Source: Actinomycetota bacterium
GTDB lineage: Bacteria > Actinomycetota > Acidimicrobiia > Spongiisociales > UBA11373
Assembly: GCA_020444505.1 (NCBI GenBank)
Contig: JAHLKU010000002.1
Coordinates: forward strand, 50,921 to 114,920
Direction of reading: 5' to 3'
Length of the DNA stretch: 64,000 nt
The notes under the pieces were generated by a model, which worked only from the letters and a program-made list of their open reading frames with translations, searched no databases and was not told where the DNA came from. The stretch's first letter is position 1. Each line of letters starts with the position of its first letter. Shown piece after piece: positions 51,292 through 61,401 of this stretch. A program made the position numbers and the translations under genes.

Positions 51292-53064
51292 TCACATCAC
51301 CGCCGTGCCGGTCTCCCAATCGGCGTACAGGGCCGCGTAGACCCCGCCCCCGGCGACGAGGCCGGCGTGGGTGCCGGCCTCCACCAGGCGGCCGGCGTCG
51401 AACACCAGCACGGTGTCGGCGGCCTCGGCGGTGGCGAGGCGGTGGGCGACGGTCACCGAGGTCCGCCCGGCGATGAGGCGGTCCATGGCGGCCCGCAACT
51501 GCACGTCGAGCGCCGGGTCCACGGCCGAGGTCGCCTCGTCCAGCAGCAGCAGGTCGGGGTCGGAGATCCACGCCCGGGCGAGGGCCACCAACTGCCGCTC
51601 GCCGGCCGACAGCGACGAGCCCCGCTCGCCCACCTGGGTGCCGATGCCCTGCGGCATGGTGCGCAGCCATCGGTCCAACCCCAGTTCCTCGCAGGCGAAC
51701 CGCACCTGCTCGTCGGTGGCCGCCGGCTTCCCGTAGCGGATGTTGTCGGCGATGGTGCCGCTGAACAGGAACCCCTCCTGCGGGACGAACGCCACGCGCG
51801 ACCGCAGGCTCGCCCAGGAGACGTCCCGCACGTCCAGGCCGCCCACCCGCACGACGCCCCGGTCGGGATCCAGCAGTCGCACCAGCAGCTTGGCGAACGT
51901 GGTCTTGCCCGACCCGGTGGCCCCGACCACGGCGACCCGCGACCCGGCCGGAACCTCCACGGTGACGTCCGAGAGCACCTCGGGCCCCTCGACGTAGCGG
52001 AACCCGACGTCCTCGAACCGCACCTCGAGCGGGCCGGGCGGCAGCGTCGCCGGGTCGTCGGCCTCGGGCAGTTCCACCGGGGCGTCGAGCGTGGCGACGA
52101 TCCGCCGCAGCCCGGAGGCGGCGCTCTGGGCGAAGTCGAGGATCTCCACCAGCGTCTGCACCGGGGCGATCAACAGGTTGACCAGGAACAGGAACGCCAG
52201 CAGGACGCCCGCGGTGATCCCCTGGGCCGGGCCCAGCAGCAGCCCGGCGACCACCACCGCCGCCGTCACCGCGGCGGCGAACAACTCGGAGGTGGCGAAC
52301 AGCACGTTGCCGAGATGGGCGGCCTTGAACTGCGCCCAGAAGCGATCCTCGAGCACCTCCTCGACCCGGTCCATGGTGATCTGCTCCGCGGCGTGCGCCC
52401 GGATGGCGGGCAGGGCGTTGATGGCCTCGCCCATCACGGCGAGGCTGTCGGCCACCTTCTCCCGCACCCGGTCGTACCGCTTCCGCAGCAGCCGCTGGAA
52501 CCACAGCATCGTGCCGGCGTACACCACCACCCCGACGGTGACGATGAGGGCGAGGCGCCAGTCGTACGCCGCCATCACCCCGAGCGCCACGAGCACCTGG
52601 GTGCCGTTGACGAGGAACATCACCCCGCCCCACTCCATGAACTCCTGCACCGTCTGCACGTCGGAGGTGACCCGCGACACCAGCGCCCCGCGCCGCTCCG
52701 ACTGCACGTGCAGCACCGACCGCCGGAAGAGGTGGCGGAACGTGAGCACCCGCAACTGCGACATGCCGGTGGACGCCTGGGTGACCAGGCGCACCAGCCC
52801 GGCCCGGGTCATGACGCCGCCCACCACCGCGATCCCGAGGCCGACCGCCACGGTGGCGGCCACCCCGGCGATGTCCACCCCGGAGTCGCCGATCCGCTTG
52901 TCGAGGGTCTGCTGGACGATCACCGGGATCAGCACCTGCACGGCGGTGCCGCCGAGGTTGAGGATCAGGATCAGCCACAGCCGCCGGCCGATGACCGGCA
53001 CCTCGGTGATGGCGCGGCGGATGGAGGAGAACGTGGAGGCCCTGGCCGGAGGTGGGGCCGTCAT
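51292..53064 (-). CDS. ABC transporter, fused permease/ATP-binding subunit (type I exporter)
   Basis: 6 TM plus NBD: Walker A GATGSGKTT, signature LSAGERQ, Walker B LLLLDEATSA. ATGA overlap with the upstream partner. Confidence 0.9.
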   Translation of the reverse strand: MTAPPPARASTFSSIRRAITEVPVIGRRLWLILILNLGGTAVQVLIPVIVQQTLDKRIGDSGVDIAGVAATVAVGLGIAVVGGVMTRAGLVRLVTQASTGMSQLRVLTFRHLFRRSVLHVQSERRGALVSRVTSDVQTVQEFMEWGGVMFLVNGTQVLVALGVMAAYDWRLALIVTVGVVVYAGTMLWFQRLLRKRYDRVREKVADSLAVMGEAINALPAIRAHAAEQITMDRVEEVLEDRFWAQFKAAHLGNVLFATSELFAAAVTAAVVVAGLLLGPAQGITAGVLLAFLFLVNLLIAPVQTLVEILDFAQSAASGLRRIVATLDAPVELPEADDPATLPPGPLEVRFEDVGFRYVEGPEVLSDVTVEVPAGSRVAVVGATGSGKTTFAKLLVRLLDPDRGVVRVGGLDVRDVSWASLRSRVAFVPQEGFLFSGTIADNIRYGKPAATDEQVRFACEELGLDRWLRTMPQGIGTQVGERGSSLSAGERQLVALARAWISDPDLLLLDEATSAVDPALDVQLRAAMDRLIAGRTSVTVAHRLATAEAADTVLVFDAGRLVEAGTHAGLVAGGGVYAALYADWETGTAVM

Positions 53065-54866
53065 GCGCCACCTTCCCGGCGGGCGGCCGCCTCCCGTTCG
53101 TACGCCTGCACCAGGTCGGCGTACCCGGGGTGGGCGGCCAGCAGGTCGGAGTGCGAGCCCTGGGCGACGACGCGCCCCTCGTCGATGAACACCACCTCGT
53201 CGGCGAGGCGGATCGACGACGGCCGGTAGGCCACGATGACGATGGTGGACGGCAGGGCCGACGCCCGCAACCTGCGGAGGATCTCGGCCTCCACCGACGG
53301 GTCCACGGCCGAGGTGGCGTCGTCCATGATCAGCAGCCGGGGCCGCCGCACCAGCGCCCTGGCGAGGGCGATCCGCTGGCGCTGGCCGCCCGACAGGGAC
53401 GCCCCCCGCTCCCCGATGCGGGTGCCGTACCCCTCGGGGAGGCCCTCGATGAACTCGTGGGCCCCGGCGAGACGGGCCGCCTCCTCCACCCGCTCGGGGG
53501 GCAGGTCGATGCCCATGGTGATGTTGCCGAGCACCGTGTCGTCGAACAGGTAGGCGGTCTGGGCGACGTAGGCGATCTCGCGGGGCAGTTCGTAGCGGGC
53601 GAACGCCCGCAGGTCGCGCCCGTCGATGGCGATGGCGCCGCTGCCGGGGTCCCACAGCCGTGCCATCAGCAGCGTGAGGGTGGTCTTGCCCGACCCGGTC
53701 GGGCCGACCACGGCGACCGTCCTCCCGGCGGTGATGTCCACCCTGACGTCGGTGAGGACGGCCTCGTCCTCCTCGTAGCGGAAGTCGACGCGGTCGGTGT
53801 CCACCCCGGCGGCGCCTGCGGCCGGGTCGGCGCGCTCCTCTCCGTAGGCGACCAGTTCGTCGGCCTCGAGCACGGCCGCCACCCGGTCCCACGACGGGAT
53901 GGCGATGGCCAGGTCGAACAGGACGAAGGCGATCAACTGGATGGGGAAGGTCAGCAGCGACAGCAGGTAGAGGGCGGTCACCACGTCGCCTGCGGTGATG
54001 GCTCCGGCGTCCACCCGCATCGCCCCCACCAGCAGCGCGACGAGGCCGATCGCCGGCAGCATCGTCACGATGATGGTGCGGTACGTCTCCCACCGGACGC
54101 CCACGTAGACGATCTTGTCCCGCAGGTCGTCCGACTCCACCCGGAGGCGCTCGGTCTCGTAGTCCTCCCGGCCGAGTGCCTTCACGGTCAGCGCCCCGTC
54201 GAAGCTCTCGTGGGCGGCGCCGGTGACCACGCCGGTCTGCGTCTGGATCTGCTCCCAGTGGGGATACAGCCGGATCGCCGAGCGCACCTCCACCCACACC
54301 ACCAGCGACAACCCCACCACCGCCACCAGGCCGAGCCAGGGGTCGAGCAGGGTCAGCAGCACCATCGACCCGATCACCAGCAGCGACACCCCGGTGGCAT
54401 AGGGGAGCGGGGCCAGCACGTTGGTGCCGCGGCTGGTGTCGTTGTCGGCGACGGCAAGCAGGTCGCCGATCGACTGCCGCTCGAACCAGGACATCTCCAG
54501 GCGCAACTGGTGCTCCACCAGCATGCGGCGCAGGTCCTGCTGGTTGCGCAACTGGAGCCACCCCGCCGAGGTGCGGCGCATGACGATGGAGAGGCCCTTC
54601 CAGGTGGCGACCAGGAGCACGGCCGCCAGCACCCCGAGCACCTTCGGGGACGCCTCCTCGCCGTCGGTGAGCACCGGGATGACGGCCGAGTCGGTGATCC
54701 ACCCGATGACGGCCGACGAGGCGATGATCGACCCGGCGAACATGGCCGCGCCGGTGACCGCCGACGCAAAGCTCCAGGGATGGGCCTTCACGAACCGCCA
54801 GACGATCCGCAGCCCGTCCCGGAGCACGCCGAGCGCGCTCACGGATCGGTCGGGGGGAGCACTCAC
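53061..54866 (-). CDS. ABC transporter, fused permease/ATP-binding subunit (heterodimeric partner)
   Basis: 6 TM plus NBD: GPTGSGKTT, LSGGQRQ, LLIMDDATSA. There is no ATG start; GTG at 54866 (alternative 54842) is inferred. Different frame from the 1223-aa track ORF. Confidence 0.8.
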   Translation of the reverse strand: MSAPPDRSVSALGVLRDGLRIVWRFVKAHPWSFASAVTGAAMFAGSIIASSAVIGWITDSAVIPVLTDGEEASPKVLGVLAAVLLVATWKGLSIVMRRTSAGWLQLRNQQDLRRMLVEHQLRLEMSWFERQSIGDLLAVADNDTSRGTNVLAPLPYATGVSLLVIGSMVLLTLLDPWLGLVAVVGLSLVVWVEVRSAIRLYPHWEQIQTQTGVVTGAAHESFDGALTVKALGREDYETERLRVESDDLRDKIVYVGVRWETYRTIIVTMLPAIGLVALLVGAMRVDAGAITAGDVVTALYLLSLLTFPIQLIAFVLFDLAIAIPSWDRVAAVLEADELVAYGEERADPAAGAAGVDTDRVDFRYEEDEAVLTDVRVDITAGRTVAVVGPTGSGKTTLTLLMARLWDPGSGAIAIDGRDLRAFARYELPREIAYVAQTAYLFDDTVLGNITMGIDLPPERVEEAARLAGAHEFIEGLPEGYGTRIGERGASLSGGQRQRIALARALVRRPRLLIMDDATSAVDPSVEAEILRRLRASALPSTIVIVAYRPSSIRLADEVVFIDEGRVVAQGSHSDLLAAHPGYADLVQAYEREAAARREGGA

Positions 54867-55021
54867 GAGTGCTGAGCCTAGGCCCGCGGGAGTGGTCCGT
54901 ACCCGGTAACCCGGGGCACATCCGCGTAAGGTAGCCCGGGAGACACTCCGGGGAGCCGACCATCGACGATCACGCCGACGCCGCGCCGGCCGAGCAGCAG
55001 CGTCCACCCGTCTGGAAACGG

Positions 55022-56044
55022 GTGGCGCAGGCCGTGGTGTCGCTCGCCATCGTCCTCGGCATCTTCCTGGGGGTGATGCCCCGCATCGCCGACTACGGCG
55101 AGGTGTGGGCGACGATCCGCGACATGACCGGCCTGGAGCTGGGGACGCTGCTGGCGATCGGCCTGTGGAACCTGGTCACCTACTGGCTGGTGCTGACCGC
55201 CGTGCTCCCGGGGCTCACCTACCTGCAGGCGGCGGTGAGCAACCAGGCGTCGACGGCCATCTCCAACACCCTTCCGGCCGGCGGCGCGCTGGGGGTGGGG
55301 GTCACCTACGCCATGTACTCGTCGTGGGGGTTCTCCGGCGCCGACGTGACCCGTTCGGTGATCGTGTCGGGCATCTGGAACACCTTCGCCAAGCTGGGCC
55401 TGCCGGTGGTGGCGCTGGCGCTGCTGGCGGCCACCTCCGACGTGAGCGCCTCGCTGGTGGTGGCGTCGCTGGTGGGGGTCGCCATCCTGCTGGCCGCCGT
55501 CGTGGTGTTCGGCCTGATCCTGAAGAGCGACTGGCTCGCCGAACGCCTCGGCAACGGCCTCGGGCGGGCGGTGTCGTGGTTCAAGGGCCTGGTCCGGAAG
55601 CCCCCGGTGACCACGTGGGGCGAGGCGGCGGTCCGCTTCCGGTCCAACACCTCCGGGCTCCTCTCCCAGCGGTGGAAGCGGCTCACCATCGCCACCGTCG
55701 TCAGCCACCTCTCGCTGTACGTCGTGCTGCTGGTGGCGCTCCGCCACGTGGGGGTCTCGGAGATCGAGGTGTCGTGGATCAAGGTGCTGGCGGCGTTCGC
55801 CTTCGTCCGGCTGATCTCGGCGCTGCCGGTGACGCCGGGCGGCCTGGGCGTGGTCGAGCTCGGCTACACCGCCGCGCTCGGCATCGGCATGGACGACACG
55901 ACCAAGGCGCAGATCGTCGCCGCCGTCCTGGTGTTCCGCTTCATCACCTACTTCCTCCCCATCCCCTTCGGCGCCGCCTCCTACGTGTACTGGCGCAGCA
56001 CCACCGGGGGCCGGGCGGGGAGGAAGGCGGCTGCGCATGGCTGA
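55022..56044 (+). CDS. UPF0104 / lysyl-phosphatidylglycerol-synthase-TM-like (flippase-like) membrane protein
   Basis: 8 TM with the characteristic ...RLISALPVTPGGLGVVE... motif. Confidence 0.75.
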   Translation: MAQAVVSLAIVLGIFLGVMPRIADYGEVWATIRDMTGLELGTLLAIGLWNLVTYWLVLTAVLPGLTYLQAAVSNQASTAISNTLPAGGALGVGVTYAMYSSWGFSGADVTRSVIVSGIWNTFAKLGLPVVALALLAATSDVSASLVVASLVGVAILLAAVVVFGLILKSDWLAERLGNGLGRAVSWFKGLVRKPPVTTWGEAAVRFRSNTSGLLSQRWKRLTIATVVSHLSLYVVLLVALRHVGVSEIEVSWIKVLAAFAFVRLISALPVTPGGLGVVELGYTAALGIGMDDTTKAQIVAAVLVFRFITYFLPIPFGAASYVYWRSTTGGRAGRKAAAHG

Positions 56045-57779
56045 CGACCGGGGCCCCGGCGGCCCCGACCCCGGGGATCGGGCAGTCCCGGGCCTGGAGT
56101 CCGTGGCCCAGCGCCGTCATGTCCAGATCGCCGGCCTCCGGCTGAGCGGGCGCCGCCGCCGCCCATCCGGGGAGCGGCCCCCGCTGCCGCGTGAACTGCA
56201 GGCGAGCGGGTGGTTCTGGCTGGTCACCGGCATCGTCGCCGTCGGCATCTGGGTGTCGCTGTTCGCGTGGCCGGCCTCCTCCGACTGGTGGACCCGCCAG
56301 GACACGGCGGTGTTGCGGTGGCTCAGCGATCTCCGCAACGACACGCTCACGGCCATCGCCAAGGCGTGCCACGCCCTCGGGTCGGCGTGGCTGATCCGCC
56401 CGCTGCGGTGGGCGATCGTGCTGGTGCTGCTGCTGTTCAAGCGGTGGCGGTCCCTGCTGGCGGCGCTCGCCTCGATCCTGCTGGTCGGCGAGGTGGTGCG
56501 CGCCATCAGCCTGGCCGTCGGCCGCCCCCGGCCGCTGGTGGAGATGATCGGCGAATGGAGCGGGTACTCGCACCCGTCGATCCCGGTGGCGGCGCTGGCG
56601 GTGACCCTCTCGGTGGCGGGCCTGGCGCTGATCCCCAAGGGGCGGTGGCGCCGCCTGTGGTTCATCGACTCGGCCATGGTGATCGCCCTGCTCGGCATCG
56701 CCCGGATGTACCTGGGTGTGGACCACCCCACCGACGTGTGGACCGCGGCCATGATCGGCCCGGCCATCCCGTTCGTGGTGTTCCGGCTGTTCGTGCCCGA
56801 GACCGTGTTCCCGGTGACCTACCGCCGCGGCGTCACCGCCCACCTCGACGTCACCGGTGCCAGGGGGGAGGCCATCCGCGCCGCCCTCGAGGAGCAACTG
56901 GGGCTGACGGTGCGCTCGATCGAGCCGTTCGGCCTCGAGGGCTCGGGCGGGTCCACCCCGCTGCGGGTGAAGGTGGCGGGCGACCCCGACCGCCACGTGT
57001 TCGCCAAGCTGTACGCCCGCAGCCACCTGCGGGCCGACCGCTGGTACAAGGCGGGCCGGACGATCCTGTACGGGTCGCTGGAGGACGAGGTCCGCTTCCA
57101 ATCGGTGCGGCGGCTGGTGGAGTACGAGGACTACATGCTGCTGCTGCTCGACCGCGCCGGGCTCCCGTCGCCGCGCACCTTCGGGTTCGTGGAGATCACC
57201 CCCGAGCGCGAGTACATGATCGTCACCGAGTTCATCGAAGGGGCCAGGGAGATGGGCGACGCCGAGGTGACCGACGCGGTCGTCGACGACGCGCTGCTGG
57301 TGGTGCGGCGCATGTGGGACGCCGGACTGGCCCACCGCGACATCAAGCCGGCCAACGTGCTCGTCAAGGACGATCACGTGGTGCTGATCGACCCTGCGTT
57401 CGCCACCGTCCGTCCCAGCCCGTGGCGCCAGGCCGTGGACCTGGCGAACATGATGATCATCCTGGGGATGCGCTGCGACCCGGAGCGGGTCTACCAGCGG
57501 GCCCTGCAGTTCTTCACGCCCGACGACCTGGCCGAGGCGTTCGCCGCAGGCAGGGGCGTCACCATCCCGACCCAGTCCCGCAGCATGCTGGCCGACATGA
57601 GGCGCGAGAAGGGCGTGGACCTGCTCGAGCAGTTCCGTGCGATGGCGCCCCGCCGCGAGATGATCTCCATCCAGCGGTGGAGCGCCCGCCGCCTCGGCCT
57701 GGCGGCAGGGGCGCTGCTGGTGGGCCTGATCCTGCTGGGGATGATCATCGACAACATCAGGGGAGCGGGGTTCCTGTGA
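56037..57779 (+). CDS. PAP2 phosphatase domain fused to a C-terminal kinase-like domain
   Basis: ATG overlapping the upstream stop. PAP2 motifs RP..., PSIP and RMYLGVDHPTDV. The C-terminal motifs HRDIKPANVLV and DPAF are kinase-like. Confidence 0.8.
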   Translation: MADDRGPGGPDPGDRAVPGLESVAQRRHVQIAGLRLSGRRRRPSGERPPLPRELQASGWFWLVTGIVAVGIWVSLFAWPASSDWWTRQDTAVLRWLSDLRNDTLTAIAKACHALGSAWLIRPLRWAIVLVLLLFKRWRSLLAALASILLVGEVVRAISLAVGRPRPLVEMIGEWSGYSHPSIPVAALAVTLSVAGLALIPKGRWRRLWFIDSAMVIALLGIARMYLGVDHPTDVWTAAMIGPAIPFVVFRLFVPETVFPVTYRRGVTAHLDVTGARGEAIRAALEEQLGLTVRSIEPFGLEGSGGSTPLRVKVAGDPDRHVFAKLYARSHLRADRWYKAGRTILYGSLEDEVRFQSVRRLVEYEDYMLLLLDRAGLPSPRTFGFVEITPEREYMIVTEFIEGAREMGDAEVTDAVVDDALLVVRRMWDAGLAHRDIKPANVLVKDDHVVLIDPAFATVRPSPWRQAVDLANMMIILGMRCDPERVYQRALQFFTPDDLAEAFAAGRGVTIPTQSRSMLADMRREKGVDLLEQFRAMAPRREMISIQRWSARRLGLAAGALLVGLILLGMIIDNIRGAGFL

Positions 57780-58633
57780 TCGCGCGCCGTCTGGTCCCAC
57801 TCCTCGCCGCCGCGTTGGTGGCATCCGGCTGCAGCGGGACCCTGGGCCGCGTGATGCCGGCGTGCGACAACGACCGGATCAACTCGGCGGTGCTGATCAC
57901 CGGGCAGTCGGTGGCCGGGGCCGAGTACATCCCCTGCATCGAGGACCTCAAGCCGGGATGGACCTACGAGCACCTGCAGGCGGAGCGGGGCCGGACCCGG
58001 TTCTGGCTCGGCAGCGATCGCGTCGGGCTGCGGTTCCTGGAGGTGGCGTTCGAGGGCTCGTGCGACCTGAGCGGCGCCGTGCGGGCACCCAGCGACGAGC
58101 CGGACATCGAACGGTGGGTCGAGGACGTGGAGGAGGACCTGTTCGTCGAGGTGGTCCTGATCCCCGAGGGGGACGACCCGGGCCTGCGGGATCATGCCGC
58201 CGACCTGGTGTCCGAGGTGGGCGGCGGCCGGGTGGAGACCCGCCTGGTCCGGGTGACGCTGGACGCCACCGACCGCCCCACCGCGGAGCGCATCGACGAC
58301 GCGCTGCGCTCCGGCGCCGCAGCCTTCGTCATCGGGCCCCGCGAACTCGAAGAGGGCACCGTGGAGGTGCACGTGATGCGGGGCGGTGGCGAGGAGGTGT
58401 GGCCGGGGATGGAACCGGAGCACGCCGTCGAGGAGATCGCCGAGTACCTCGGCGACCCCGTGTACCGGGCCGTCTGGTACTACCCGTTCGGGCACGGGTG
58501 CGTCACCTACCGCTTCGATGCCAAAGGCATCGGAGCCGAGGACGTCGCCTACGACGTGATGGACTCGCTGGGGTTCCTCGACCTGGGGCCGCTGCGCGAT
58601 CTGGGCGAGGACCTGGGCTACGTGCTCCCCTGA
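57776..58633 (+). CDS. hypothetical lipoprotein
   Basis: GTG overlapping the upstream TGA; lipobox LVASGCSG. This is the real 3' part of the artefact ORF 56210..58633. Confidence 0.6.
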   Translation: MIARRLVPLLAAALVASGCSGTLGRVMPACDNDRINSAVLITGQSVAGAEYIPCIEDLKPGWTYEHLQAERGRTRFWLGSDRVGLRFLEVAFEGSCDLSGAVRAPSDEPDIERWVEDVEEDLFVEVVLIPEGDDPGLRDHAADLVSEVGGGRVETRLVRVTLDATDRPTAERIDDALRSGAAAFVIGPRELEEGTVEVHVMRGGGEEVWPGMEPEHAVEEIAEYLGDPVYRAVWYYPFGHGCVTYRFDAKGIGAEDVAYDVMDSLGFLDLGPLRDLGEDLGYVLP

Positions 58634-59289
58634 GCCCGCCGGGCCCGGATCGAATCCACCGCCCCCGCCAGCAGCAGCGCCGTCGCCGCTCCCAGCAGGA
58701 GGCCGGCCAGCACATCGGTGAGCCAGTGGGCGCGGAGGTAGGCGCGGCTCAACCCCATCACGAGCGCGAACGCCGCCGCCCGCACTTCCCAGACCCGCCG
58801 CTCCACCCCCGGCGCGAGCAGCACGATCACCAGGGCCACCGAGGTGGCTGCCACGGCGACCGCATGCCCGGAGGGGAACGAGGCCCCGCTCGTCGCGACC
58901 AGCGGCAGCGGCGGCCGGGGGCGCCCGTACGCCACCTTGAGGGAGCCGATGGCGGCCTCCGACACGACGGCGGCCGCCACCCAGTAGCCGAGCAGGATCC
59001 AGAACCTGCGCACCCCCAACAGCACCGCGACGCCGATGCGCAGCGGCCAGGTGACCCAGACCGACCCGACCACGTCCAGGACCCTGGCGAGGACGGTGAC
59101 CCAGCCCGCTTCGACGCCGACCATGCGGGCGTGCCACCAGTCGTCGAGGGGTTGCACGATCCCGGGGTCGACGGCCATCGCCACGAACAGGGCAGCCGCG
59201 GCCAGGTACATCGCGGCCGCGCCGGCCACCGCCCAGCGGTGGTCGTCGAACAGACCCAGATGGTGGTGGTCGACCGGGTGGCGGATCAT
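58618..59289 (-). CDS. PAP2-family phosphatase (membrane)
   Basis: KVAYGRPRP, PSGH and SRAYLRAHWLTD motifs. Confidence 0.75.
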   Translation of the reverse strand: MIRHPVDHHHLGLFDDHRWAVAGAAAMYLAAAALFVAMAVDPGIVQPLDDWWHARMVGVEAGWVTVLARVLDVVGSVWVTWPLRIGVAVLLGVRRFWILLGYWVAAAVVSEAAIGSLKVAYGRPRPPLPLVATSGASFPSGHAVAVAATSVALVIVLLAPGVERRVWEVRAAAFALVMGLSRAYLRAHWLTDVLAGLLLGAATALLLAGAVDSIRARRAQGST

Positions 59290-59368
59290 GCCGGAGGCCT
59301 CGCGCGCTTCTTGAGCAGCCCAGACTACGGCGAAGCCGGGCAGCGCCTGCCTTCCCGGCCGGGTGCGC

Positions 59369-60556
59369 TCACCCGACGGCGGCGAGCGCCGAACGGAAGA
59401 GCCCGGCCGCCTCGTCGATCTCGGCGTCGGTGACGATCAGGGGCGGGGTGAAGCGGACCACGCCGGGCCCGGCCGGGCAGACCAGCAGTCCCCGCTCGGC
59501 GGCGGCCGCGGTGACGTCGGCGGCCAGCGGCCCGGTGAGCGCCACGCCCTGCATCAGGCCCCGGCCCCGCACGGCCCCGGCGAGGGGGTGGCCTGTCACG
59601 GCGGCGGCCAGCGACCCGGAGAGTGCCTCGCCGGCCTGCCGCACCCGCGGGAGGAACCCGTCCGACAGGATCACCTGCAGGACGGCGTCGGCGACGGCGG
59701 CCACCAGCGGCCCGCCACCGAAGGTGGAGGCGTGGTCGCCCGGCTGCAGTGCCCCGGCGGCCTCGCCGCGTGCCAGCAGCGCGCCCATCGGCAGCCCCCC
59801 GGCCAGTGCCTTGGCCGAGGTGACGGCGTCGGGCACCACGCCCTCGGCCTGGAAGGCGAACAGGGTCCCGGTGCGGCCCATGCCGCTCTGCACCTCGTCG
59901 AACACCAGCAGGGCACCGGCGGCGTCGCACGCCTCTCGCAGGGCGGCCAGCCACCCGGGGGGCGCGGGCCGGACCCCGCCCTCGCCCTGGACGGGCTCCA
60001 CCAGCACCATCGCCACGGTGCCGTCGATCGCGCCGAGGGCGGCAGGGTCGCCGAAGGGCAGGATGGTGGTGCCGGGGACCAGCGGGCGGAACGGCTCCTG
60101 GTAGGCGGGCCGGGCGGTCAGCGACAGCGCGCCCAGCGTCCTGCCGTGGAACGCCCCGTCGAAGGCGACGAGCCGGGTGCGGCCGGGCCGTGCCCTGCGG
60201 GCCATCTTGATCGCCGCCTCCACCGACTCGGCGCCGGAGTTGCAGAAGAACGCCCGCTCCATGCCCGCGGCGGCGGTGAGCCGCTCGGCGAGCCGGACCA
60301 TGGGCTCGGTCCAGTACAGGTTGCTGGTGTGGACGAGGCCGTCGGCGGCCCGGTGGAGCGCCTCCACCACGGCGGGGTGGCCGTGGCCGAGCGCGGTGAC
60401 GGCGATGCCGGCCACCATGTCGAGGTACTCCCGCCCGTCGGCGTCGGCCACCCGGCAGCCCCGTCCCGACACCAGTTCGATGGGGTAGCGGCCGTAGGTG
60501 TGCATCAGGGCGCCGCCGCGTTCGGCGAGCGTGCCGGCCCACTCGGGTGTGGTCAC
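59369..60556 (-). CDS. argD: acetylornithine aminotransferase
   Basis: GTG start after a GGAGGAGG RBS. Class III PLP aminotransferase with the lysine motif in ...DEVQSGMGRTG. Confidence 0.9.
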   Translation of the reverse strand: MTTPEWAGTLAERGGALMHTYGRYPIELVSGRGCRVADADGREYLDMVAGIAVTALGHGHPAVVEALHRAADGLVHTSNLYWTEPMVRLAERLTAAAGMERAFFCNSGAESVEAAIKMARRARPGRTRLVAFDGAFHGRTLGALSLTARPAYQEPFRPLVPGTTILPFGDPAALGAIDGTVAMVLVEPVQGEGGVRPAPPGWLAALREACDAAGALLVFDEVQSGMGRTGTLFAFQAEGVVPDAVTSAKALAGGLPMGALLARGEAAGALQPGDHASTFGGGPLVAAVADAVLQVILSDGFLPRVRQAGEALSGSLAAAVTGHPLAGAVRGRGLMQGVALTGPLAADVTAAAAERGLLVCPAGPGVVRFTPPLIVTDAEIDEAAGLFRSALAAVG

Positions 60557-61401
60557 GGTGCCTCCTCCCCGGGGTCGGGCACGAGCCGGGTGCCCGGCCC
60601 CTGCGCGGTCACCAGCCGGCGGATGGTGGCGCCGGGGTCCCGCCCATCGATGAGGCAGACCCGGCCCACCCCTCCGGCCAGGGCGGCCATCCCGGCCTCC
60701 AGTTTGGGGCGCATGCCGCCGCTGGCTTCGCCGGAGGCCACCAGCGCGGCGGCCTCGGATGCGGTCAGCCGGGCGCGGACCTCCCCGCCCACGATCACCC
60801 CGGGCACGTCGGTCAGGAACAGCGCCGCGTCGGCGCCGAGGGCGGCGGCGAGCGCGCCGGCCACCAGGTCGGCGTTGATGTTGTGGGGCCGCCCGTCCTC
60901 GCCGGCGGCGGTGGACGACACCACGGGGACGAAGCCGCCGTCCGTCAGCACGTCGAGAAGCGCCGTGTCCACCCCGGTCACCCGCCCCACGAAGCCGATG
61001 TCGGCGCCGCCGGGCCGGTGCGGCTCGTGGGAGAGCATCCCACCGTCGGTGCCGGAGAGGCCGACGGCCCGGCACCCGGCGCGCTGCAGGTGGGAGACCA
61101 CCCACTTGTTGACCCGACCGGACAGCACCATCTCGGCGATCTCGGCGGTGTCGGCGTCGGTGACCCGGTGCCCGTCGTGGAAGGCGGTCGGCACCCCCAT
61201 CCGCTCCAGGACGCGGGTCAGGGCGGGCCCGCCCCCGTGGGTGACGACCACCCGGACGTCGGCGGCGGCCAGGTGTGCGATCTCCTCCGCCCAATGCGAT
61301 GCCGCGGCGTCGTCGCGCATCGCTGCGCCCCCGTACTTGACGACGACGGTGGCGCCCCGCAGGCCGGCGAGGGCCCCGGGCTCAGGTGCGGTAGCCGGCA
61401 T
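60553..61401 (-). CDS. argB: acetylglutamate kinase
   Basis: TVVVKYGG and GGGP motifs; GTGA overlap with argD. Confidence 0.85.
   Translation of the reverse strand: MPATAPEPGALAGLRGATVVVKYGGAAMRDDAAASHWAEEIAHLAAADVRVVVTHGGGPALTRVLERMGVPTAFHDGHRVTDADTAEIAEMVLSGRVNKWVVSHLQRAGCRAVGLSGTDGGMLSHEPHRPGGADIGFVGRVTGVDTALLDVLTDGGFVPVVSSTAAGEDGRPHNINADLVAGALAAALGADAALFLTDVPGVIVGGEVRARLTASEAAALVASGEASGGMRPKLEAGMAALAGGVGRVCLIDGRDPGATIRRLVTAQGPGTRLVPDPGEEAP

Noticed and set aside
51292-54963. 1223-aa ORF suggesting one giant ABC protein
   Set aside because: Its upper half is in a different frame from the real second ABC gene (53061..54866). The two genes are separate and meet at an ATGA overlap at 53061..53064.
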